A DNA stretch of 64,000 nt from Escherichia coli (lineage in GTDB: Bacteria > Pseudomonadota > Gammaproteobacteria > Enterobacterales > Enterobacteriaceae). The position numbers were made by a program, and so were the translations under genes. The notes under the pieces are model-generated. The model had not been told where the DNA came from, ran no database searches, and was given only the letters and a program-made list of their open reading frames with translations. Positions within the stretch are counted from its first letter, which is position 1, and every line of letters begins with the position of its first letter. The stretch is from the NCBI RefSeq assembly GCF_003018255.1, contig NZ_CP027440.1. One strand, 5' to 3'. Below are positions 56,325 to 64,000 of the stretch, one piece after another.

Positions 56325-57209
56325 ATGAAAGCTGGCGTGTTTCTTATTCCTGAATGTTTTGATTTCAATACGGATATTTTATCTTTAAGTTCGGACCTTG
56401 ATCTGGCTTCGAAACTCGTAGTAAATACCCGTTCAGAATTTATTCACTTTATGAAATCTAGGGAGTTTGACTCGAAGATTGCGGAGTTATTGTTTTCCAC
56501 ATCACCTGATTATGCTGGAATGATGTCAAGATTTTACGATCAGCATCTATCAAAAGTTATAAAAATGGATATTAATGACGATGATATTATTGATATTATA
56601 AATAGCGAAGAACCTAAGTATTCTAACCGTTTGTTATCAATTTTTAATACGGGAAAAAAAGATTTAAATATTAAATATGTTAATAGATTAATTGACTCAG
56701 AAATTAAGATGAATGATTATTGTACTGATATCTTATTGAATTACCCAAGAAATGACGAGCAATACTGTGAGGATATACAGCAGGTTTATAAAAATTTAAT
56801 TTTCCTAGATTATCCAGAGGCAAAAGAATTTAAGACATTTAATAGTCTCAAGAGAATGACCGGTGGTTATGATAATTTCTTGAAGGCTATAACCAATTTT
56901 TTAAGTTATATGAATAAATTCGAATTCAAAACGAAAGATATGATGGATACATTGAAAATGATGGAGAGTGATTTAGGATCTCCAGTAACTCCGGAAGGAG
57001 GGGGGAAGAAAAGCCGATCTTTGAAAAGAGATTTTTTAATTAATGGAAAGCTATATACAAATGTAAACTGCGAATTCCATTTGAAATTAGAAAATGTTGA
57101 TGATACTAAGGGAAACAGAAAACACCATAAGAATAGAATTTATTTTGGATTTATTATGATAAGTGATAAAAACAGAGTGGCAATAGCTCATATTGGGGAA
57201 CACATTTGA
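56325..57209 (+). CDS. Unknown 294-aa protein, third gene of the operon
   Basis: ATG 19 nt after the ATPase stop. No recognised domain. The C-terminus CEFHLKL...NRIYFGF...VAIAHIGEHI is faintly RelE/YafQ-like. Confidence 0.6.
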   Translation: MKAGVFLIPECFDFNTDILSLSSDLDLASKLVVNTRSEFIHFMKSREFDSKIAELLFSTSPDYAGMMSRFYDQHLSKVIKMDINDDDIIDIINSEEPKYSNRLLSIFNTGKKDLNIKYVNRLIDSEIKMNDYCTDILLNYPRNDEQYCEDIQQVYKNLIFLDYPEAKEFKTFNSLKRMTGGYDNFLKAITNFLSYMNKFEFKTKDMMDTLKMMESDLGSPVTPEGGGKKSRSLKRDFLINGKLYTNVNCEFHLKLENVDDTKGNRKHHKNRIYFGFIMISDKNRVAIAHIGEHI

Positions 57210-57219
57210 AATCATTTTA

Positions 57220-57248
57220 AACCTACTGATAGTATATATCAGTAGGTT
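57220..57248. terminator. Bidirectional hairpin between convergent operons
   Basis: AACCTACTGATA gtata TATCAGTAGGTT, a 12-bp perfect stem flanked by TTTT upstream. Confidence 0.6.
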
Positions 57249-57270
57249 CATGTTAATTTGATGTTCTTAG

Positions 57271-58344
57271 CTATATAACACAATCTTCCATAAAAGAATC
57301 TAGAAATAAATCATTTATTCCTTTAGGTTTTCTTCGGTCGCATAGAGAGTATAATTCTTCAACTGAAGAGTAAGGGAAGAATTTAGCTTTTAATTCAATG
57401 AATTGGGGCATGTTTGCAAATTCTATCACCTTTGCTCGATATTCATCAGGAGCAACGATAGTCCAACGGATATCTTGTAATCTCGGTGCATGATCATAGA
57501 ATTGTTTCATGCGAGTCAGACCACTTTTTATACCAGTACTGTGTTCAATCTCCATTACTGCTGGCATCATGCGGCCTTCCCTAAACCAAATGCAGTCTAT
57601 AAGACGAGCATCTTTAATCGCATCATTATACGATTGGAGTACTTGCTCATCAGATAATGAACTTATTACACCGTCCATTTGCGCTATAGCTTTACCATTA
57701 TATTGTAAGCTACGATCATTGGCTGCTACCCAAGTATCTAAACCTAAACAATAACCTATTTTTACTAAGGCAATTTGTATCTGAGCATGACGTCTTTTTT
57801 CTTCAATAGTCATGCCTTTAGTCGGTTTAATTGTCTCAATATCAACGCTTTGGTGAACAACATCGAAGCTCATTTCAGAGACAACAATATTAGTCTGGTG
57901 CTCAATTAACAAACCATTAGTATGTGGCATATCTGGCAGAAAAATCAGATGCTTATGTCCTGGTTTTATAGACTTTTGTGCATTCATGATTTCCAGTCTG
58001 GCTGGCCTACACCAATAGAACTCTGGAGTATGTGCGAGCAAGCTCTCCAATACCGAGCGGGTGTTGTAACTGGCACCGAAAACCCTTTCAACGTTGACAG
58101 GTCTGTTTTCTTCGAGTGCATTTGCAAGTCGCCAAAGCATTTGAGTCGAAATACTCTCTGTTTTAGCTGTTGCTTGAGTTTGACCTTTCTTAGGATCAAA
58201 TCTCTTTATTTCGATAGGACCTTCGGGATGTTGGATACGTACAATCTCAATCTTCCCGCTATTCCTATCGTTTATATAGTTAAACAGCGTATTTTTGGGT
58301 AAGCTCGAAATCGCCTGAACCAGATTCGATGCTGTTATCCTCAT
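57271..58344 (-). CDS. Putative type II restriction endonuclease
   Basis: 357 aa, downstream of and overlapping the C5-methyltransferase gene by 65 nt. PD-(D/E)xK-like LIDCIWF...AVMEIEHST. Specificity unknown. Confidence 0.6.
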   Translation of the reverse strand: MRITASNLVQAISSLPKNTLFNYINDRNSGKIEIVRIQHPEGPIEIKRFDPKKGQTQATAKTESISTQMLWRLANALEENRPVNVERVFGASYNTRSVLESLLAHTPEFYWCRPARLEIMNAQKSIKPGHKHLIFLPDMPHTNGLLIEHQTNIVVSEMSFDVVHQSVDIETIKPTKGMTIEEKRRHAQIQIALVKIGYCLGLDTWVAANDRSLQYNGKAIAQMDGVISSLSDEQVLQSYNDAIKDARLIDCIWFREGRMMPAVMEIEHSTGIKSGLTRMKQFYDHAPRLQDIRWTIVAPDEYRAKVIEFANMPQFIELKAKFFPYSSVEELYSLCDRRKPKGINDLFLDSFMEDCVI

Positions 58345-59419
58345 TACTGTATCCTAAATGTTGCAAAATTGATTGGGCAATACCGAGCGCGGCGATATAG
58401 GGAACTCCGTTTCCGACTGTTTTAAACATATTCGACAAAGTCATATCCCCTGGTAGCTCAAAATTTTTTGGCAAAGACTGGATTGCCAATGCTTCAGCGA
58501 CCGTAATACGACGAGGTTTGTATGGGTGAAGGTGAACTTCATTATTACCATATGCTGCTGTTGGAGAGTATCTCCAGCGATGAAGCCTTTTATATGATTT
58601 TTTACTATCGTCGCCTTCTTCTACTGACTGGAATCTTGCTAAACCGGCTCGGGCCGTAAATACATGTTTAGCGTTTGGATGATTGGTAACATCGTTTTTC
58701 TCGAACCAGTATTCTATAGTAAGTTCTTCTGGAATACCTTGCGGGCATTCCATACTTGAGTCTTCTTCGTATGTGTTTGTTGTTGGCCAAGGGAACTGGA
58801 AAGCTTCCTTATTGGGGTATATTTGGCCACTCCATTCGAAGTTTTTGGCTAAAGACTTATCAAGAAAACCAACTAAAATAATCCTTTCTCGATCTTGAGG
58901 CGCACCGTATTCAATTGAATTAATCAATCTTTCATGCAGGATATATCCTACTGAAGCTAGTTCATTCTTAATTTGTTCGAAAAATTCTCTATGTTTAAGA
59001 GTCCGGTATAAGCCTTTAACGTTTTCAAAAAGGAAGAAATCAGGCATCATTTCAATTATCAGGTCAATGTAACTTTGTGATAATTTGCCATTTTCACCAT
59101 CTTTGCCTTTGTTTTTGCCAGCAACAGAAAAGTCAGGGCATGGTGGTCCGCCAATGAAGCCCACTAGGCGGTTTTCACCTTTCAGTGTTTTCATGCTATG
59201 CTTAATCACTGAATGCTCAATAGTTTCAATGCTTTCTTGGGCATACCCAAAGCGTGGCGGCTGTTTGCCAAGTTTTTTTCTTGAGTGTTTATACGCGTCC
59301 ATGAAGGGAGGATGGAATTCATTGACGAAAACCACCTCATACCCGGCATTTTCGAAGCCTAGGTCAAGAAAACCTGATCCTGAAAAGAATGAAAATATAG
59401 CGGGTTTCATTGTGGACAT
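58280..59419 (-). CDS. DNA (cytosine-5) methyltransferase
   Basis: Motif I FSFFSGSGFLDLGF, IV GGPPCPDFS, VI FLFENV, VIII QDRERI and X TVGNGVP. Confidence 0.9.
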   Translation of the reverse strand: MSTMKPAIFSFFSGSGFLDLGFENAGYEVVFVNEFHPPFMDAYKHSRKKLGKQPPRFGYAQESIETIEHSVIKHSMKTLKGENRLVGFIGGPPCPDFSVAGKNKGKDGENGKLSQSYIDLIIEMMPDFFLFENVKGLYRTLKHREFFEQIKNELASVGYILHERLINSIEYGAPQDRERIILVGFLDKSLAKNFEWSGQIYPNKEAFQFPWPTTNTYEEDSSMECPQGIPEELTIEYWFEKNDVTNHPNAKHVFTARAGLARFQSVEEGDDSKKSYKRLHRWRYSPTAAYGNNEVHLHPYKPRRITVAEALAIQSLPKNFELPGDMTLSNMFKTVGNGVPYIAALGIAQSILQHLGYSNEDNSIESGSGDFELTQKYAV

Positions 59420-59644
59420 TTTATACCTATCAAGTTAGCTTAAATTTTTACTAAATATCTCGCTGTACGATCCTACTATTTTACATGATAACTTGTTAAT
59501 TATCAATTTACTTTTTAATATATTAGCAAATAAGACCTGGCACTACTTCAGATTAGATAGTATTCATTGCTATAAAGTTAGGTGTTAATATATTGATTAA
59601 TAGTATAAGCTGCTATTATAGATTTAGAAACCGAAGGAACTTAT

Positions 59645-60100
59645 ATGCCTGATATGAGGTTATTTAAATCAAAAAACACCAAACTTGAGTTAAGAATCAG
59701 GAAGCCGTTGTTTGCCAGAGGATTTCGTTATCGATTGCATAATAGTGGTTTGCCTGGTAGACCAGATATGTATTTCCCTAAATACAATGCAGTCATTTTT
59801 ATCCATGGCTGTTTTTGGCATGGGCATGATAACGGCTGCCCTATATCTCACACTCCTAAAAATAATGAATCGTACTGGCAAAATAAAATCAATAAAAATC
59901 AAGAAAGAGATGTCAAAAATCAATATGTTCTTGCATCTAAAAACATCCGCGTTCTGATTATATGGGAGTGTGCAATAAAACTTAAAAGTATTGATTTTGT
60001 CGATTTTATTGATTACATCGATGAATGGCTTAGAGGTGGGGCAAATTCAACACAGATGAGCGCAAAGGAACCAATGCCGACTTTTGAGTTTCCGAAATGA
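59645..60100 (+). CDS. vsr: Very-short-patch repair endonuclease
   Basis: SKNTKLELRIRKPLFARGFRYRLH..LPGRPDMYFP..VIFIHGCFWHGH..NNESYWQNKINKNQERD..VLIIWEC. Confidence 0.9.
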   Translation: MPDMRLFKSKNTKLELRIRKPLFARGFRYRLHNSGLPGRPDMYFPKYNAVIFIHGCFWHGHDNGCPISHTPKNNESYWQNKINKNQERDVKNQYVLASKNIRVLIIWECAIKLKSIDFVDFIDYIDEWLRGGANSTQMSAKEPMPTFEFPK

Positions 60101-60282
60101 ATTATTATGACAAGTTCCCTTGAGTGGTAATATCTAACATCGTTATTTGCTAATATATATATGAAATAAAGTAATTGCCAAGAAATTTATTACAAAACAA
60201 GACCCGCAAAAAATCTCTTTCCATGTGGGGTTTTATTAGCTATTAGTGTTTGGTTAAATTATTAACCATCAATAGGCATCCT

Positions 60283-60423
60283 ATGCTTCAATCTCTGAAC
60301 CACTTAACGCTCGCCGTCAGTAATTTGCAAACTAGCCTGACATTCTGGCGCGATTTACTAGGGCTACATGTGGGAGATTTAGCATCCCGACTGACGCAGT
60401 GCCGGGAGAGGCCTTGCTCTTGA
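60283..60423 (+). pseudogene. Truncated FosA/glyoxalase-family gene remnant
   Basis: Own translation MLQSLNHLTLAVSNLQTSLTFWRDLLGLHV.. matches the FosA N-terminus (MLQSLNHLTLAVSDLQKSVTFW..LLGL), then diverges and stops after 46 codons. Confidence 0.6.
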
Positions 60424-60562
60424 ATGCGTTTCGGACCTGGAAAATAATTACGCAACTTTGTGATCTTCCACCCAGTATTCAATTTTATGTCCCATTTTGG
60501 GGGCAAATCCTCAAAATAAAATCTCACAAACCATTATTTTTCAACGAATTAAACGCAAAGGC

Positions 60563-60588
60563 GAGTCCGGCCTTCGACCTTCGCACCA
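60563..60588 (+). repeat. Degenerate copy of the leuX 3' end (candidate attR)
   Basis: GAGTCCGGCCTTCGaccttcGCACCA versus GAGTCCGGCCTTCGGCACCA at 655-674 (a 6-nt insertion). Confidence 0.55.
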
Positions 60589-60789
60589 TCGGAACATCAA
60601 TAGACGTCAACGGACGTTTTTTTATGACTGAAATCCGCGCCACACAAGGCTTTTCGCTATTTTTCGCTCAACCTAAGTCAACCTACATCAACTTACTGAT
60701 GTGGATACAGCTACAGCTGCGGCTATATCCCGATTCGATAATGTTTGTACCCACACAAAACCCTTGAAAGGCTACAAGGCTGAAATTGT

Positions 60790-60975
60790 CTAAACCATAG
60801 AGATGATTTTTATGATCCAGTCTTTCTCTTGTTGAGATAGTTCCAGTTTGCTCACTCGTGTTAAGAAGGTATTGATCACCTGAACATCCGAATTGGTGAG
60901 CCTATTTAATAGAGCGGGTGGTATACCTTTACTAACAATCGCTTTGCGGTGACTTTCGTAGTTTTTATTACTCAT
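60790..60975 (-). CDS. Hypothetical small protein (61 aa)
   Basis: ORF only, with no motif and a weak context. Confidence 0.3.
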   Translation of the reverse strand: MSNKNYESHRKAIVSKGIPPALLNRLTNSDVQVINTFLTRVSKLELSQQEKDWIIKIISMV

Positions 60976-61031
60976 TGTTGATCCTCAAAAATCATTGTAT
61001 GGCGGCATTGATCGTTTCCAGCAACCTTTAC

Positions 61032-61274
61032 TTACTCACTTCGAACTGCATCCTCGTAGACTGTTCCACTACAATAATCGAAAAGGCGCGGATGTCCATT
61101 CAGGTATCCCGCTAATACGTATAGCAATAACAATGGCTTATGCGGCGCGCGCTGTTCACCCTTGTGCCAGATTTTTATATTGGCAATTGCCTGCTGTAGC
61201 GATTTACTGGAAGCCATTGATATCCCTGGCAGTGAAATAATTGCGATCATGCTCGCAAATTTTCTGCTGTTCAA
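61032..61274 (-). pseudogene. N-terminal fragment of an HNH_2/restriction-like protein
   Basis: 80-aa ORF containing W.KGEQRAPHKPLLLLYVLA, which I associate with N-termini of ~290-aa HNH-type restriction proteins. It terminates early. Confidence 0.35.
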
Positions 61275-61353
61275 GCCTGCAAGTGAAGATATATTACCTT
61301 GATCTCATTTGTTTTTTTGCTGCCTGTTCTGAGAACGTATAAGGACATTCTCC

Positions 61354-62004
61354 ATGAATAAACTCCCTGATCATCTTCCGCGGCGGTATATCATCGAAGC
61401 TATCCATTTATGGGATGCGGGAGAAACTCATCAGTTCCAGCCTGCGCGGTTGTATGAGATTGAATATCATGGCCGACGTTACCCCTCGAAGGCGATTGCT
61501 GGCATCGCAGCGACATTGATGACGGGGACGCAATTTACCCCTGCGGATTTCACCGGCGGAATAAAATCTAAATGCGTCAAACTACTCATAGAGCAGGGAT
61601 TTCATATTCATCAGGATAAAGCCGCTGCGGCTCCCATAGCCGACGTTCTGTTCCCGGATGAGTTGCCGTCGCAGGAGACATACCTTGAAGGTGCGGCGAT
61701 AAAGGTGACAGTAAACCGCTATGAACGCGATAAAAAGGCCCGAGATAAAGCGGTCGAACATCATGGATGCCAGTGCAACGTATGCGGCGTTGATCTGGTG
61801 AAGATCTATGGTGATATCGCTGAAGGCTTTATCCATATGCATCACCTGGTGCCGCTTTCAGCCATTAAAGAGGATTACCAGCTGGATCCAGTTAATGATT
61901 TGCTGCCTGTGTGCCCTAATTGCCATGCGATGCTGCACCGACGCAAACCACCGTTTTCACCGGAGGAGTTAAAAGCGTTGATGGATGCAAATAAATCAAA
62001 TTAA
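61354..62004 (+). CDS. HNH endonuclease (McrA-like), paralogue of 6586-7239
   Basis: 216 aa, collinear with the other copy. YPSKAIAGIAA, GGIKSKCVKLL, NRYERDKKAR, HGCQCNVCG, FIHMHHLVPLS and PVCPNCHAMLHRR. Confidence 0.8.
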   Translation: MNKLPDHLPRRYIIEAIHLWDAGETHQFQPARLYEIEYHGRRYPSKAIAGIAATLMTGTQFTPADFTGGIKSKCVKLLIEQGFHIHQDKAAAAPIADVLFPDELPSQETYLEGAAIKVTVNRYERDKKARDKAVEHHGCQCNVCGVDLVKIYGDIAEGFIHMHHLVPLSAIKEDYQLDPVNDLLPVCPNCHAMLHRRKPPFSPEELKALMDANKSN

Positions 62005-62011
62005 TGAACGC

Positions 62012-62992
62012 TCACCTTTCGCGCCAAAACCGCAAAATTGCTTCTACAAACCTGTCAGAAATAATCCCCCGACGGGCTGCCGCGCTGAAATGACTGCTTC
62101 GCAGTGCCGTCGTCCAGTTCTCCGGTGACCGGTACGCTGAACCGTAATATCCCGTGCTTAAATCGTCCGGATCTTCATCAGGCGCGTTCGTCAGTCCTCT
62201 TTCACCTTGTTGCTGGAAGTCGACGAAAATAATATTGGCTAAAACATTATTTTGATAATTGCCATAAATCGCTTCATACGCATGAGGGAAATTTTCTTTC
62301 CAGTACCAGGTGGTATCGCCGCAAAACCACGGTGCGTCAGTAATATTATTAAGCTGAGAATGGTATTGTTTTAGATCCCTACGAAAGGCTTCAACCATAT
62401 GATTAAAGTGTTGAGGGTGTGACGAGTAGTCACAGGTCATTAAGTCAAATTCGCCTTGCATCCAGCATACGCCGAGGAATTTGTTCTGCGGATTTTTTGC
62501 CAGTGCGGCTCGCGTTCTGCTGACTAAATCCTGGTACAGCGGAGTATCCGTTCCCCAACGACAAGCATCATGGCTGGCTCCGTGCCGTTCTGAATATGTC
62601 CCTTCGCTGCCCGCGGTAAAAGCCGATCCGCCACGGCAACACGGAACGATGAGAACCCCTGCGTTATCAGGAATAAAGGGCAGTAATTTCCGTGCAATAT
62701 GCAGTGCCTGGCCAACGGTGCCGTACTGTGTTTGATGATTTGTTGCCAGAGGATGGTGATAACCCTGCATATCCTGAACATCGTGTGGGCAGTGAGTCAG
62801 TGGAATAATGTCGTTAAAGTGACATGACGGGCCTCCGGGATGCGTATGCGCAAATCTCGCTAATTGTTTAATTCTGGGATGAGGCGCATCTTCCCTGTCC
62901 GGTAATGGCAGTCCTTCGCCATACGCCATGGCATTAGACTGACCAGCAACGGTAAGAACATAGTAATAATCGGGCGATATTATTGCGTTCAT
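62012..62992 (-). CDS. nanS: 9-O-acetyl-N-acetylneuraminate esterase NanS (YjhS)
   Basis: MNAIISPDYYYVLTVAGQSNAMAYGEGLPLPDREDAPHPRIKQLARFAHTHPGG... matches E. coli NanS. The start is taken at MNAII. Confidence 0.9.
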   Translation of the reverse strand: MNAIISPDYYYVLTVAGQSNAMAYGEGLPLPDREDAPHPRIKQLARFAHTHPGGPSCHFNDIIPLTHCPHDVQDMQGYHHPLATNHQTQYGTVGQALHIARKLLPFIPDNAGVLIVPCCRGGSAFTAGSEGTYSERHGASHDACRWGTDTPLYQDLVSRTRAALAKNPQNKFLGVCWMQGEFDLMTCDYSSHPQHFNHMVEAFRRDLKQYHSQLNNITDAPWFCGDTTWYWKENFPHAYEAIYGNYQNNVLANIIFVDFQQQGERGLTNAPDEDPDDLSTGYYGSAYRSPENWTTALRSSHFSAAARRGIISDRFVEAILRFWRER

Positions 62993-63056
62993 ATAATTTT
63001 CGCGTAATACAAATGACAAATTGATAGCAGGGCCCCTTTACCGAGGCCCTGAAGCG

Positions 63057-64000
63057 TTAGTTTTGTACTGTGACTTTATTATCCTTCACAGAAATTAAAA
63101 CTGAATCCGTCACCGCTTTGCCGCCTGCAGTTTCACCGCCAATAATTAATAAACTATTATTCCAGGGCAATGATACTCCGTAGGCCCGACCTTGCGATAA
63201 TTCACCAGATTTATCCCATTTCCCGTTATGCCAAAGATGAATATCAGTGCTATATGATTTTTTCAGGCCTTCATGCGCATAGTTCTTACCGTTTTGGTAA
63301 TTTTCCCGCGAACCTTTGAATCCGGCCCCTCCGGCAAATATAAGAGAATCATTGCTTATCCCCGCAAAACCGCCAGCGACGCCATCTGGTGATGCGACGG
63401 GAGCAAGCTTATTCCATTTTAAATTATCACCGGTGAAGTCAAGTTCAAATACGGCATCCGTTCGCAATCCTGGTTTGGCTTCGCCATTAATAAGCCAGGT
63501 TTTATCACCTTTATTCACAACCGCCGCACCAGCCGTTCCGTACCAGGGAGATTCGCCAGCGTAACTCCATTGCTGTGTTGAGGGATCAAAAGACAACAGA
63601 AACTTATTGAAGAAATAATCTTCTGCTTTTTTGTCAAAATAGTGGGCGTTGATTTTATCTATAGCGGTTGAATCTTTTCCAGCTTCGTTGAGATCTTCAA
63701 AATAGCCATTGAAGATATTCTGGTTAACACCGCCAGTAACATAAGCCTTGCCGTTGTGTACAAAAGTCACATGGCCCGCCATGCCCATCGGCGCGTGCGA
63801 CATCAATTTAACCCAGCTATTGGTTTTGGGGTTGTATTTGTGTACGTCATTAAATACTTGAGTCAAGCCCTCGCTGTTTTTGCCAATGCCGCCAAACACA
63901 TACAGATTGCCATCAATAAATGCAGAGGTTGCTTGATCTCTCGGTCCGCCAGGGAATGCAGCTAACGCTGTCCATTTTTTATCTTTGGCCTGTGTATCCA
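63057..64000 (-). CDS. nanM: N-acetylneuraminate epimerase NanM (YjhT), C-terminal ~315 aa (gene continues past right edge)
   Basis: ..FGGIGKNSEGLTQVFNDVHKYNPKTNSWVKL.. Kelch repeats ending ..VKDNKVTVQN. The frame stays open upstream of the listed Met to the window edge (..WTALAAFPGGPRDQATSAFIDGNLYV). Confidence 0.9.
   Translation of the reverse strand, partial: DTQAKDKKWTALAAFPGGPRDQATSAFIDGNLYVFGGIGKNSEGLTQVFNDVHKYNPKTNSWVKLMSHAPMGMAGHVTFVHNGKAYVTGGVNQNIFNGYFEDLNEAGKDSTAIDKINAHYFDKKAEDYFFNKFLLSFDPSTQQWSYAGESPWYGTAGAAVVNKGDKTWLINGEAKPGLRTDAVFELDFTGDNLKWNKLAPVASPDGVAGGFAGISNDSLIFAGGAGFKGSRENYQNGKNYAHEGLKKSYSTDIHLWHNGKWDKSGELSQGRAYGVSLPWNNSLLIIGGETAGGKAVTDSVLISVKDNKVTVQN

Larger units (their letters stand above)
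655..60588. mobile_element. leuX-integrated composite genomic island / ICE (PFGI-1-ICEclc-SPI-7 type backbone plus cargo)
   Basis: GAGTCCGGCCTTCG..GCACCA of the tRNA 3' end (655-674) recurs degenerately at 60563-60588. An integrase lies next to the tRNA, the conjugation/partition gene set lies between, and core genes ahr and nanS/nanM flank the region. Confidence 0.75.

Noticed and set aside
60399-60767. A 122-aa plus-strand ORF and the 60288-60527 minus-strand ORF.
   Set aside because: They span the fosA remnant and the tRNA-derived attR repeat, which is junction debris rather than genes.
1-64000. CRISPR arrays, rRNA, retron-type RT/ncRNA, IS elements with terminal inverted repeats.
   Set aside because: Reading the window showed no regularly spaced direct repeats, no reverse transcriptase or transposase ORFs and no rRNA-like sequence. 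Only the short repeats listed under features were found.

Overview
This is Escherichia coli-type chromosome. The window opens inside ahr (yjgB), followed by tRNA-Leu(CAA) leuX, and closes in nanS-nanM. The roughly 60 kb between them (about 0.65-60.6 kb) is a composite island integrated at leuX. It starts with a P4-type tyrosine integrase next to the tRNA. A minus-strand integrative conjugative element (ICE) backbone of the PFGI-1/ICEclc/SPI-7 type follows. The backbone carries a MobH/HD relaxase, ArdC, TraG-N, a TraU-like gene, a TraC-like ATPase, a run of small ATGA-coupled mating-pair genes, the TraD coupling protein, a transglycosylase, a PilL-like gene, a DUF3577 gene, topoisomerase III, ParB and AlpA. 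A degenerate copy of the tRNA 3' end at 60563-60588 is the likely attR.

Four lower-GC cargo blocks interrupt or flank the backbone:
- (i) 2.6-7.3 kb: an AbiE-like pair flanked by duplicated palindromic operators, an integrase fragment, two XRE/HipB-like regulators and an HNH endonuclease.
- (ii) 15.3-30.9 kb: a FimB-like recombinase with a chaperone-usher fimbrial operon; a serine recombinase with two ParB/RepB-like genes; a creatininase/permease module; twin XRE genes and an orphan 314-aa gene.
- (iii) 37.9-39.8 kb: a polytopic membrane protein and a ParE/RHH toxin-antitoxin pair.
- (iv) 53.0-60.3 kb: an AT-rich defence cluster.

The best candidate for a poorly described system is the three-gene operon at 53211-57209, made of a DUF262/ParB-like protein, a DUF3696-type AAA ATPase and an unknown 294-aa protein. 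It sits beside a C5-methyltransferase/restriction enzyme/Vsr module.

Secondary candidates are the serine-recombinase/2xParB-like block, the AbiE-like cassette and the twin-XRE/orphan gene locus.

The ICE shows signs of decay: an in-frame TAG in topoisomerase III, an A9-tract frameshift and an integrase remnant.

All family assignments come from motif reading and recalled homology. No searches were run.
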